DNA from: Sphagnum compactum
Taxonomy: Eukaryota
Length of the DNA: 64,000 bases
Assembly (NCBI GenBank): GCA_965153455.1
Contig: OZ234493.1
Span: 3,844,001-3,908,000, forward strand
Direction of reading: 5' to 3'
Below, one piece after another: positions 13,401-25,800 of this stretch. The first letter of the stretch is position 1. Each line of letters opens with the position of its first letter. Under the pieces are notes generated by a model, which saw nothing but the letters and a program-made list of their open reading frames with translations, did not search any database and had not been told where the DNA came from. Both the position numbers and the translations under genes were made by a program.

Positions 13401-15451
13401 GAGAGTCACTCACAAAAGTGTCAGACCTTCATCGCTCTCATCACAATATAGCGGACAAGCTGCCATGACTACCCACTGACTTCATCAGCTCCCAGCAGTG
13501 GCTGTCAAGAAGTATAGTAATCTGCACAAAAATCTCAGGCAAACCATCAAACAAATATCTGCATGCAGAGTTTGTCACATTCCCAGAAGCAACCAAAGTC
13601 CAAGACTAGACTACACTTTCCATTGAGAGATAGAATTCAGCGCCATGGCCCAAGCATAACACCATTTTTAGGGAGTGCTTGTATCAACAGAAGCCCAAGT
13701 GGACAAAAAAGAATGGCTTGCATTGATGCCACTTTGACCCGTCAATATGGATGTCAAGCTGTGTGTGTGTGTGTGATCAATGCATTTTTCAATCAATGCT
13801 CTCTCCCCCACATGTTTCACATCACATCACAATGCTTTTTCTTCAGTTACTTTGCATGGTTGTGCTCCTGTTGAGTAGAGAGATATGCAAGACATCTTTT
13901 TCATTGCAGGCAGTTGAAGAGGTTCCTCTACACTCTCTTCACAATTGTGCAAAACATGAGCCGCCAAATTTCAGTTTCATATGACAGGAAACTCCTCCCC
14001 TGTGTAGGTATCTTCTTCTGGACATCCCTTTTGACTTCTCCTAACAATTTACAACGACACTCACCATCATGAATGAAGCCCATCAAAACAAAATGGAAAC
14101 CATGAGGTTTACATACCTCTTGAGTTTCTCTCAATCCTTTCGAGAGCTTTTTCTTGCTTTTTTCAACTGGTAATGTTGGGAACATCAGGAAGACAGCACC
14201 TCCTCCTCCTACTCCTCCTGCACCTCTTCTTGTTCTTCTTCACCATTAGCTTGTTCTTGTTCTTGTTCTCCTCCAAGTGCTTGTGCAGAATTGTTAGTTA
14301 TTGTGATCAAAGCCAAATAGAAAACCCTTATGATGTTGAACATATCTCTTTCTTGAGTTTCTCTTGATCCCTTTTGTTTGAGCTTCTTCTTCCTCCTGCT
14401 TTCTTTCAATTGGTAACAATTGGAACTCATCAGGAAAAAGATCCAGAACCTCCTCCTCCTCCTCCTCCTCCTCCACCTCTTCTTCTTCTTCTTCACCATT
14501 AGCTGCTTCTTCCTCTGCTGTTGATGATACATCAGGGTACTTCCGGCATATCTTCTTCCATTGCCAACTAACTGACGCAAAGCAAAAACACCATCACTAC
14601 ATTACAGCTCTATTCCAGCAACAGGAGATATTTATCATCTTGCATCAGACGCTTGTATCTCATGCAGGGATTGACGCAAGCTCCAGACAAGAAGCTCCAG
14701 ACAAGATCAGACGCAAAAGAAGCACGCCGACAGACATCAAGGAGCTTCTTCACATCCGTCCCCCTATTAGCGACTTCACCACTTCTGAAGCTCCTTGATA
14801 CCAACATCCCCCCTTTTCTGACGCGCAGAAGAATTCTACAGCGGCAGCAGCAGCAAGCTCGTAACCCTAAGCGATGCATTCTTTCTACTGACAAGCGGAT
14901 GAGGGAGTGAGGGAGGGGACACACGGGAATGTAAGTACCTGCTGATTCTGCTTCTGCTTCTGCGAGAGCTTGTGTCGCTGTGTATGTGCGTGTCTGTTGA
15001 GAGCTAGAATGGCACTACTTTCCACAGATCCGTCACCTTCTGCCTCTTCTTCTTCTTCTTCTTCTTCCAGAAAAGGATTTGGGGAAGCTTCGATTTGAAA
15101 TCGGATTGACGAGTAGACAATTTATGATCTTAGATCCCGTATCTGGCTGAAGTCTCTTCCGTAATTCTTCTCCTCCGTGAAGAAGAAGAAGAAGAAGGAA
15201 TACGGATCGAAGTCGCCGATCTGATTCGGAAAATGCAACCGAAGTCGACAACAGGTGATCGAGCATCTCTTCTCTCGCGTCCTTCGCTCCCCTCTTCTTC
15301 TTCGTCGTCGTCTTCATCATCTTTATGACTTTCGGTTACTTGTCTTCTTCGTCGTCTTCATCAGCTTTCTGGCTTCTCCTCCAAGTTTTTCTCGGCTGAT
15401 TAAGTGCAAAGTTCCGAGCTTTCTGCAGAGAGCTCAGATCTGCTCTTTCTG

Positions 15452-18400
15452 ATGGCTTCTTCCTTGCTTCTGCCAACCGCCTCCCATATTGCTGCCCTCT
15501 CCTCTCTCCACGTCCATGGCTTCTCAACTTCTCGGATACAACAACAACAACCTCGGTTCCTGCGGACAACAAGAGTTCCGCTCTTCCACAATGCTGCTAC
15601 TCCTTCTTTCGAAGTAAATTATCCCCTTCCTCCTCATCCTTCCTGTCTCTCCATTGGAAGCTTTCATTTTCCATTGCCATATAGAAATCTCCATCACAAC
15701 TCGCAAAATCCCTATTTTTTTTAGCTCCTGTTCTTTTGCAGCTGCAGGAGGGGCGATCCAACAATGCAAGTTCCAAGGCAGCAGCAGCATGTGGTGGTGA
15801 TGATGATGATGATAATGAGGTTGCTGCTGCTGCTTTGAAACAATTGGCGTCTACAAGCAACTCTGTTCTCGATTTTGCAGCTGCAAATTTTCTTCCCATA
15901 GGTTGGTGTGGCCTGGCCTGCCTGTTGTTGCATTGTTTTTGTGTTTCCTGATTCTGTTGAAACTATTCTTCTGCTTGAAGCTTTTTGTCCCTCTTTTTTT
16001 CTTTCTTTCCCTCCTTGCATGATGCATCAGTTGGAGTTTTGCTGGTGAGAACAGCTTTGGTGACAGGAGTTTCAGTAGGCTTGACATTCCCACAACCAGG
16101 TCAGCTCATGCAGCAGTGGGGTGTTTCCAAATGGACCACATCTGCCATCTTTGTGATCTCTGGTGAGCTTCACAATTGTGAATACTTTTTCTGCACTCCT
16201 GGTTTTGGGACAATTGTGTGATACTTCTTCTGCATTCCTGGTTTTGTCACAATTGTTTGGATACATCTTTCTGCATTTCTGGGTTTGCAACAATTGTGTG
16301 ATACTTTTCTGCAGTTTCTGGTTTTTCCTACAAACAGGATTGAGGAGGATTCTTAAGCATCCTCATATGACATTGTTGTTGGCTTTGCAGGGCTGACGCT
16401 TAGTACAGGAGATGTTGCAAAGGCTGCCAAGGCTTGGCCTGCTGTCCTCTTCGGTCTGGTGATTTTTTTACTGGCACCCTTTTACTCCTCAATTCATATT
16501 TGTGGTGTCAGATTTCTTTTGTCAATTCTCTTGCTATGCAAGAGAGTAGGAGAAAGCCCATCTTGTTTGAAGCAAAATTGTGCATTTTCACTTTCTTTGT
16601 TTCTATCATGCAAGTGAAGAATAGGGGGAAACCCAGGTTGTTGAAACAAAATAATGTCTGCATTGCAGTTAGACTCCCAGCAGTGGCCTGTGCAGCCATG
16701 ACAGACCCATTTCTATTTTCTAACAGTTATGGATGTGAGCAAAGACAGCTCTGCCTTCCATCTCATGGAAACGAGAATCACTGTGCACTAGTACAAAGAA
16801 GTAATACTCTACTATGATTGTCGGTGGTTCCACTGCAGGTCTCAATCTTGTTCATAACACCCTTGATGGCTGTACCAGTTTTGCGTCTGAATTTGGTACC
16901 TAGAGAGCTCGTTACAGGTAGTGCTTAGTGATTGTCTACGTTCTCTGTTTTCTACATGTTTCTGTAATTTGATACAAATCCATTTGTTCAGGCTTTACAG
17001 GGTTCAGCTACTGTGTGATTGATTCAGAGCTTTCTCTTATTGTTCTTCAATGTTTCATTTGAGTGATTGTGTTATTGGAGTCTCATGGAACTCTGTGTTT
17101 TCCTTGGCCAGTGCAGGATTGGCAATTTTCTGTTGTGTACCAACCACTCTCACCAGTGGGGTTTCTCTAACCCAGGTATGGTGTGGTCTTCACTGACTTT
17201 CTCTGCAATCTCTGTGTATGTATGTCTCCATATACTATCTGTTGTTGTTGTATATAGAAATGACTTGTGTTTTGTCCATGATTTGCAACTTCCCAAACAG
17301 AATTGGTATTGACCCAAATGAGAATTTTACTTGTGGATGTCACTGACAGCTTGCAGGGGCCAATACAGCATTGGCTTTAGCTCTAACAGTCACATCAAAC
17401 CTGCTGGGAATTTTTACTGTAAGAATCAATTACCTCCCTTTAGTATCTATCTCTTGCAACACATTGTTGGTGTAAGAATCTGTCTCCCTCTAGTTTGCAT
17501 CTTGCATACATTGTTTGGTTGTAAGCTCTTCAACCCTGTAAATTATCACCCAACATCACACATAAAAGCAAACAGCAATCTAGAGGATTACTTGGAAAAC
17601 CAGTAGGTACATTGATGTTCTCAATGACATGTCATAGATGCCATACATGCTATCAGCATTAGTGGGGCATGGCAGTGGAGTTTCTCTTCCAGCTGGCCCT
17701 CTATTGAAGGCATTGGTGGAGATACTGCTCATACCGCTTCTAATTGGCAAGGTGAGAGATCTTCACTCTATCACAACCTGCTGAATAGATGCAGTTTATT
17801 TATGTTTCATTCTTTTAGCTGGCAGCTGCTGAACTTTTCAGCTTGAGAAAAGCTGTATCTCCTTTCATCTCTTTTGCAATTGCATTCTAAAGTGATAGCT
17901 CTGACTGCTGAGGTTTGGAGAATGGTGGGAGCAGTTCATACGTGAGATTTTCAGTAAGTGCTCAAAGTACTGACGATTTTTGCACTGTAGTTCTCTTGAG
18001 TACACAAGCAAAATTCTAGTTTTGTGCCATCAGCAGATTGTCTACATGAATATTTGCATGATTTTGTGGCTGTGGGGAAGTCTAAGTGGAGATTTTGATC
18101 ATCTTGGTGGTTTGGCAGATGTTCAAGATTTTGTGGACAAAAGGAAGCAGAAATTATCTTTTCTGAGCATTTTCCTTCTCAGTCTGGTCTGTGTCCCTCC
18201 TAATAAACCTGTATAAATGATAAAATATTTTGTTGCTGATGAAGTACCTAGATGCCAGACACACTAGTGGTGTTCCTGGTTTATAAGCTTTGGTTTGCCT
18301 TGCTGTTTCTTCTTCATCGTGAGAACGGAGATTTCTCTATTCTCATGAAAGATATTTATAAGCTTTGGTTTGATGATGTACTTGGAAACTGAAAAGCATT

Positions 18401-19614
18401 ACCCCTCTTTCCCTTTTACATTGTTAAAAGTTTTCTGTGTTGTTTCTCTCCTCTTCCTTTTTTCCTTGTTTGGTTTTTCCTTGAACTGGCCAGCATCATG
18501 GCATTCTCATTCCTCATTATGATGATTTCCTTTTCCAAAGTCTTTTATGTCACCATCAAGTGATGGCACCAAGACATGAAAGCATGTCTGTTGTCATAAG
18601 AGGTGTTGCACCCAAAGAATTGTGGCAAGAAGGTGAACAATGAAGGGCTGTGGTCACAGGTACCCTGGATGCAAACCAGCTGTTCAAGGACAATGTTACT
18701 TCAACTTGAGCTTACCCAGCTGTTGGCAGCCATTGCTATTGGCATGTATGTATACATTGCAATTCTGGTTTTCCAATTATTGTGTAGCATTGTTATAGTA
18801 GTATATCCACCTATGTTCTAATCTGTCAATATTCACAAAATTGCTTCTGTGTATAACTCAGCAGACTATAGTGGGTGTCGACCAGAGCTGACAAGTGGGT
18901 TTGAAAAGATCTCATATTTTCTTCTAGGAAAAGATGAGAGTACTTAGTCTGAGATGTCACTAAATGAGCCACAACTGGGATGGTTGCAGCTGCATACATG
19001 CGGTATTTTTGGCATGGAATGCAATTGTAATGATGTATCTCCCAGCTTATGGGGGGGTCATGGTTGATGACCAAACTTCAGCTACTCGGGCGGTAATTAT
19101 TGTGGCTAGCCAGGTGCATTGTTGATCTTCATTCCTCAAGTCCTTGTTTTCCTGTACATTGCATGGTAAAATAGAACAGCAACTCTTCCTCTGTAACCCG
19201 GACTCACATTTGCAACCCATGGGTGTTCTGGTCTGTGTTCACTGGTTGCAGAAAACATTTCCAGTTGTCGTGGCTGTTGTTAGTAAACTTGGGGGTGCAA
19301 TTGGTGAAACTGGCCTACTTGTGCTGCCTTGCATCACCTATCATCTTACTCAGGTCATTCTTCAGGCCCTTGTGATTTCAGGAGCACAGCCTAAAGGGGG
19401 ATTTATAGAGTTGTATAGTGTGCTGCTTGAGTCCCATGTGAACCTCCTCTTTAGTGGTTTGTTTTAGAGAATTTGAAATGTTTCTGACTTGTGCATCGTT
19501 TAGAGCTTCACAACCTCCTTGCTCCCTCTGTGTGTAGCGCAGATTATGCTGGACTCCATGCTGGTCAACTTTTGGTTGAACTATAGCAAGGCAAATAAGT
19601 TTTCAACATCATGA
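15452..19614 (+). CDS. BASS4: Plastid sodium/metabolite cotransporter, BASS4 type (SBF-like), 14 exons
   Basis: GT-AG exons at 15452-15613, 15742-15901, 16055-16162, 16391-16458, 16839-16917, 17117-17175, 17350-17418, 17638-17751, 17935-17953, 18119-18186, 18660-18745, 18990-19113, 19252-19353 and 19543-19614 splice in frame. They give a transit-peptide-like N-terminus, then NFLPIALVTG, IFCCVPTTLTSGVSLTQLAGAN, VPWMQTS and SQKTFPVVVAVV..LGGAIGETGLLVLPC, all typical of BASS4. Confidence 0.93.
16170..16328. repeat. About 40-bp degenerate tandem repeat (4 copies) in BASS4 intron 3
   Basis: Repeated acaattgtgtgatacttttctgcattcctggtttt unit. Confidence 0.7.
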
Positions 19615-21389
19615 GAAGAAAAAATGATATCACATGGAGCATCTGATGGTGAGCTGTGCAAGCAGCAGGTCAAGGCAGCTAAATGCACACCCATTACGTT
19701 ATACACTTTTCAGATGGAGAACATACTGTGTGGGTCTGGCTGGATGACAGGCTGCTCTCTGTCCAGGAGTGAGGGGTTTGGCCACACCATTCCTATTTCA
19801 CAAATGCTCCTCAGACGCGGTAATATTTTCCTCCTGGTCTCAAAGCCAAAATCTCTTTGGCCCTCGTAGGACATATGCATTTGCTGTGCAAGTCTCTGTA
19901 ATCATTGTTGCCAATCCTGTGAAGGATCAAACGGACTTTGAGGTATGGCGCTACACTTTTGAGGTTTGAAAAAGAGTTTAAAAGCTTGTGGCAATGGCCA
20001 TTTTGCATTACCACGATCATTGGGAATAATTCCCATGTTAAGAATTTTGTGTTAACTCTAGGTAATTAACACAACATTAATTAATACCATGAATCAAATT
20101 AATGTAAATTAAATGTGTTTTAGTTTTATATTAATATGTGCCATGGGCTAAAAAAAAAAATCAACACAAAAGGATCCCCAAAGGGCACAAACACCTAGAC
20201 AAGTTATGAGAAGAATAAACCTAGTTTTAAGTTGAACATGAAATATGAAAATCAATTACAAGAACACAAAATCAAGAACATTAAACATGCAAGATGTAAG
20301 GCCAAATAGAACTTTATTATGACAAAATATGAAATTTAAACATGAAAAGAGTCAAACGAAATTATGGTGCAAGATTATATTTTAGATTGCTGTTGGAACA
20401 AACTAAAAGTACTGATGAATTTCATCTATATTTATATCCCTTTAGGAACTTAGTTCAAAAAACTTCCATGAATGCTTCTATATGGACATTATTAATTTTT
20501 ATTTTTTTTGAGAATCTTATTAAAATATGTATAAACTATAAATAAAATCATAATTGAGTTACAAGTTAACTATAAGTAAACTACAAGTTGATGGTGGATG
20601 AATTTCATCCATTATGAATGATAATGAATGTTCATGAATGAAATTCATCCATAATGATGTTGCCAATGATATTAGTGATAATGATGATGGTCAATGTTTG
20701 GCATTTATGATAGTTTCGAACTAATTTAGTGTGAACATGGTTTCAATTATTTATGTTTAAGGATAAAACCTTTTGAGTTGTGTGTTCTAAATCATTTTTG
20801 GTGATTCAAGTTTCTTAAACACACAACATTAAACTTTCTTAGATTTCGTACGTTTTGTATTGTTTTTGTAAAAAATTCATTATGTTTAAAAACATGTCCC
20901 ATTGAATAACATTATAAAAATTCCTATTTTAAACTTTCATTACATAATATCAAACCCAAATTTTTTTTTTTGTTTATAGCACACAATTCAACCATATAGG
21001 GACCAACACATTAACACAACACCTAATATCTAATTTGATCAAATTCAATATTCTAAAATGAAATCGCAAACCCTAAACTTTTGATATGTTGATCTTGATC
21101 AAAATCTAAATGTATTTCTTACTAAATTCACGAGTTACATGTGACAAAAATCAACATTTTAAAGCTGATTTGGAAAGGAATTTTGCATGGTGAAATTAAT
21201 GATTGTCATGTATTTTCAATATATTTGTAATATTCCTTCAAAAAAAGATATCTTCTTACGTTGGCACATAGACCCACATGTTTTTTATGGCTTGTTTGTA
21301 TTTTGTCTTTATCTACATTGATCTATTTGAAAGAAACTTTGTAGGTCTTGAAGTACATTGAACCCGACCTTTTGTTTTTAGCTAGACTT

Positions 21390-22050
21390 TCTTTCACCTC
21401 AAAATTTTCTTCACTAGCTCCACTTGAATTGATCATACTAAGATTTCTTTACACTGAGTTTCACCTCAAAATTTTCTTCTCTAGCTCCACTCGAATTGAT
21501 CATACGACGACTTCTTTACACCGAGTTTCACCTCAAAATTTTCTTCTCTAGCAACGAATTGATCATACTACGACTTCTTTACACCGAGTTTCACCTCAAA
21601 ATTTCCTTCTCTAGCTCCACTCAAATTGATCATACTACGACTTCTTTACACCGAGTTTCACCTCAAAATTTTCTTCTCTAGATCCACTCGAATTGAGCAT
21701 ACTACCACTTCTTTACACCGAGTTTCACCTCAAAATTTTCTTCTCTAGCTCCACTTGAATGATCATACTATGACTTCTTTACACCAAGTTTCACCCCAAA
21801 GTTTTCTTCTCTAGCTCCACTTGAATTGATCATACTACGACTTCTTTACAAAAGTTTTCTTCTCTAGCTCCACTCCAATTGATCGTACTACTTCTTTACA
21901 CCAAGTTTCACCTCAAAATTTTCTTCTCTAGCTCCACTCGAATTGATCGTACTATGACTTCTTTACACTGAGTTTCACCCCACAATTTTCTTCTCTAGTT
22001 CCACTCGAATTGATCATATTATGACTTCTTTACACTGAGTTTCACCTCCA
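21390..22050. repeat. 67-bp minisatellite, about 10 copies
   Basis: Head-to-tail unit ttcacctcaaaattttcttctctagctccactcgaattgatcatactacgacttctttacaccgagt with few substitutions or deletions. Confidence 0.95.
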
Positions 22051-22871
22051 CCCTGCAAAACAGATACAGCAATGCAATAACAAATAAATCTAAGGAGAAT
22101 TGAAAAATCTCCTTACTATTAAGAAAGAAAGCCAAAATAATGTCAAATTGTTTTTCTTGAAGTCGAAGAAAGACTTCCAAATAATCACAAAAGAACAAGG
22201 AAGAAGAACAAACACAAATGGGTAGAAGTAAAATGAAGAACAATAAGACTACCCATATGAACAAAACATGACAATCTCTCACTTGATGCCACAAAAAAGC
22301 ATATGGACCTTACATGTCAACAATTTGCACTTCCACTTTGCAAAGGAACTGTGAGTAAATACAAGCACAAATGGAAAGGAAGTGCATTCAAAAGGTGATA
22401 ACTTCAACCCTGAGAAAAAGAAGCACACCAAGAAACCACTCACATCGAAGGTAATACTTCAGCCCAGAATGTTTGTGAAGAAAACACACAGGCATGCACA
22501 AAATCTCAACAACTAGATATCTCAAGAGGTCCAACAGTGTTGATTCATTCACATGAGTTTTTCTCCTGTCCCTAAAACCATAGGGAGCTCTGTCTCTCTG
22601 TCTCTCATGCTGGACAGCGGTAGTAGCCTGCAGCACTGATGGTAATGGTTTGTCACGATCGTGTTCTCTAACATTCCAAAGCTTTTGCTCAAGTGGGTCT
22701 GATTTTATTTTTCTGTTGAAGCCAGGAGTTGAAGCAATTTTCGAGGGTGAGTTCCTCTCAATGGCAGATTTACCTACTGTAAGTTACACATTGAGATTGC
22801 CATCCTTAAACGCACACAGAGAGGTTTCAGAAGGAACACTATTCACAAGATACTGGATGTGGAATCCCTGC

Positions 22872-25800
22872 CTATGTCACTCCGACAGATGCCATCAGCT
22901 TTTCATATTCGGCATCCACTTCATGTGCATTCAAGGGAGGGGAAGATGATAATCCTGCTCCTGCTGTTTTTGCTAAAGAATATTGCTGCCGGGGGGGGCC
23001 TTGTTGTGCTCCCAACCCTGATTCTGTTCCTGAAGCGCCTGGCTGATGGAAACTCCTACCTAAACTTGGCCTCATAGTCCCATGTAAATGAGCTGCCAGA
23101 GGTAGATTCCCAGGAGGCAAAAAGGGATCAAATGACTTTCGTCCACTATCCTGAGTCCCAGGAAAAGGGCCTCCAAGTGGTGGATGAGGGCCTGGAAGCC
23201 CTGGTCCCTTCCATGCTGAGTAGCTGCTGCCACCACCTGGCCCTGCTGCAAAGGGGAGCAGTGGGCGCTGCTGAACTGGCAGATGTGGTGGTGGCAGCAA
23301 TGTGGTTGCCATACCTTGCCAAGGACGAAAATTTGGCCTAATTGGCACACTGGTATTCCATGGACTATCAGGAAGAGATACTGGTGTTGGGGCTGTAGAA
23401 GACCATGAAGGAGATGGCATCCTCTGTGAAGAAACTGCAGTGGGCACACCTGAAGTTTGATCAAGTGGTGGACGATGTTCCCAGACCTTTGGACTATGTG
23501 GAGGGCCCATTTGCTGTGGCCACATTGAAGCTGTCCCAAACATTGGAGGTGGTCGAGATCTCACATCCCATACATTTGAATTTCCACCAGTAGGCAGAAG
23601 TGGTGAGGAGTTTGCAACTCCTGATGGATGAAACATAGGTGGTTGTGGTATACCACTAGGTCGAGTTTCAGTGTAAGGTGGGTTTCCATTTCCAGGTCCA
23701 GTCCCAATTAATGATGATCCAGTGGATAACGGTCTAGGTTGTTGCCCTGGCCCTGGTCCTGGTGAAGGATACAGTGGGAAAGCTTGCCCTTGACCCTGAT
23801 CTGCCATGTGATGGTTATCATCAGCTGGTGCAGAGGACATGTCTGTACCCCATGGAGGTGGTCCTCTCTTTGGATCCCAGGGCATGGATCCCGGTGGTGG
23901 CGGTGTTGGTTCCAAAGGGAACATGGGGTATCTCACTCCCCCATACCCACCTGAGCCCATGGAGCTTTGAATGAAATCGGGGTTACTTGGGCGGGGCCCA
24001 AAGCCTACTGAAAATGAGCCTAAACCAGCAGTTCTAGGCTGGAATCTTCCACCGCCCCCTTCTTTGCTGCTATAATACCCTGTCTGGGGATTGTCTCTTC
24101 CATCATATGGGCTAGGTGACGGTCCAGACCAAGCTGATGGCATGGGCTGAGGTCCTGCTGCTGTGATGAGCATTGGCTGTGGTCTGCCTGCTGTATGTGG
24201 ATCAGTTGCTTGGCTTGCTTCATGTCCAGATGATGGATATCCCATTGATATTGCCACAAATGGAGGACCTTGTGGTCCAACACTGGGTCTTATACTGTGA
24301 GCAGGGGCTGTAACAACAAAACACACATTCCAGCACTCAGATGGGATGTAGTAATATTATAGCAAACCATACAAGATACATACAACCAAAAACCAGAAAG
24401 GTAACACTATACCAATCACAGGAGCTTGTGAGCTTGGTAGTGGCATCTTTGCAGAGAAGGTTGCTGGTGGAGGAGCAGAAGCAGCAGCACCTAACCCATC
24501 ATTGAGCTCCTCCAAGAAACTGAGATACTCCTTGTCCAACACTTTGCCCTGAGATCAGATATGAGAATAGCTTCATAAGCATTGATAGGTAATCACTACT
24601 TACAATTGAAGTAAAACCTCAAGTGAAATTTTTAGTTAACATTAGAAAAATCTCTAATCAAATGTTAAAAGGCCATCACAGCAAACTACAGGAGAAACAC
24701 ATGAGAAAACCCCTTATTACAAGAAACAGAAATCAAAAACAGTATAAAAGTAAGAGAGTTGTGAAACATGGCAACAATCTGTTGCAGGTTCTGTGACTGC
24801 ACAATCCCTGTACCAAGGCAGGAAATAACACATCTCCCCAAAAGTACAGACCTGCCCAAGATCAGTGCCAGAATGCTTCCGTGGGCAATCAATGGTTGGA
24901 TGACCACCATCTCCACAAATTTGGCAAGACACCTGAGCACATGCAACACCCAATCACCCAACAAAAGACCCACAGATCCTCCCATCAACACATATCCAAA
25001 CAAAAGTTTATCACAAAGTTTTGTAGCATGATGAATACACTGACATCATTCAAGCTGATAAAGTTTTGACAAACGGGTCTAATGCACAAGAGCAATAGGA
25101 GCTCTGTTGTAAGACTTCAACAATGACAAATGGTAGCTGTACCTTTGACTGGAATGTCACTAGCTTGTCCTTGTCACACTGCCATTCTCGATGCCCGGTT
25201 TCTCCACAAACAGCACATGCCTTTGCAAAATCCCGCATGGTTCCTGCCATGCACAACCACAAAGTATATCATCTGAAGCTCCAGGGAAGATGCAACTAAC
25301 TGCCTCAGCTTATAAACCAAGCAACTACAAGAACTTCTCCAGACCAAGAATTCCTACCAAGATGTCAGTAGATTAACTGGTCAGTGAAGCTAGAGAGAGC
25401 AATCTACTGTACCATTCATTTCTGCTAGCTCCCGAAGCTGCTTTCGCTTGTGAGTATTTCTGTCCTCCTAGACAGCCCAGGGGAAACAACCATCTCAGAG
25501 AGAAAATCAGATGGGAAACAAACAGAACATCCAAAACTCAAACTTACCCTATGATCACAATCACACCAATACATAGAGATCAGAAAACACCAGTTTCTAA
25601 TCACCTCTCAAAGGCATCGGGACAGACATTTGAGAAATTCCCCACAAGCAGCAGACTTCCCCAACATGTCTAGAATCCCTCCCTGCTTTTCAGCCAAGAC
25701 ATGGTATAGTAGCTTACATCCACAGGTGTCAAAAGAGGTTCAATGAGCGCAACAGCTGCTTCCACTTTCTCAATTGTGTCTGCTGTGATGTGCACATGCA

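Noticed and set aside
21390-22050. Possible CRISPR-like array
   Set aside because: The units are contiguous near-identical 67-mers with no unique spacers, and there are no cas genes; the context is eukaryotic.
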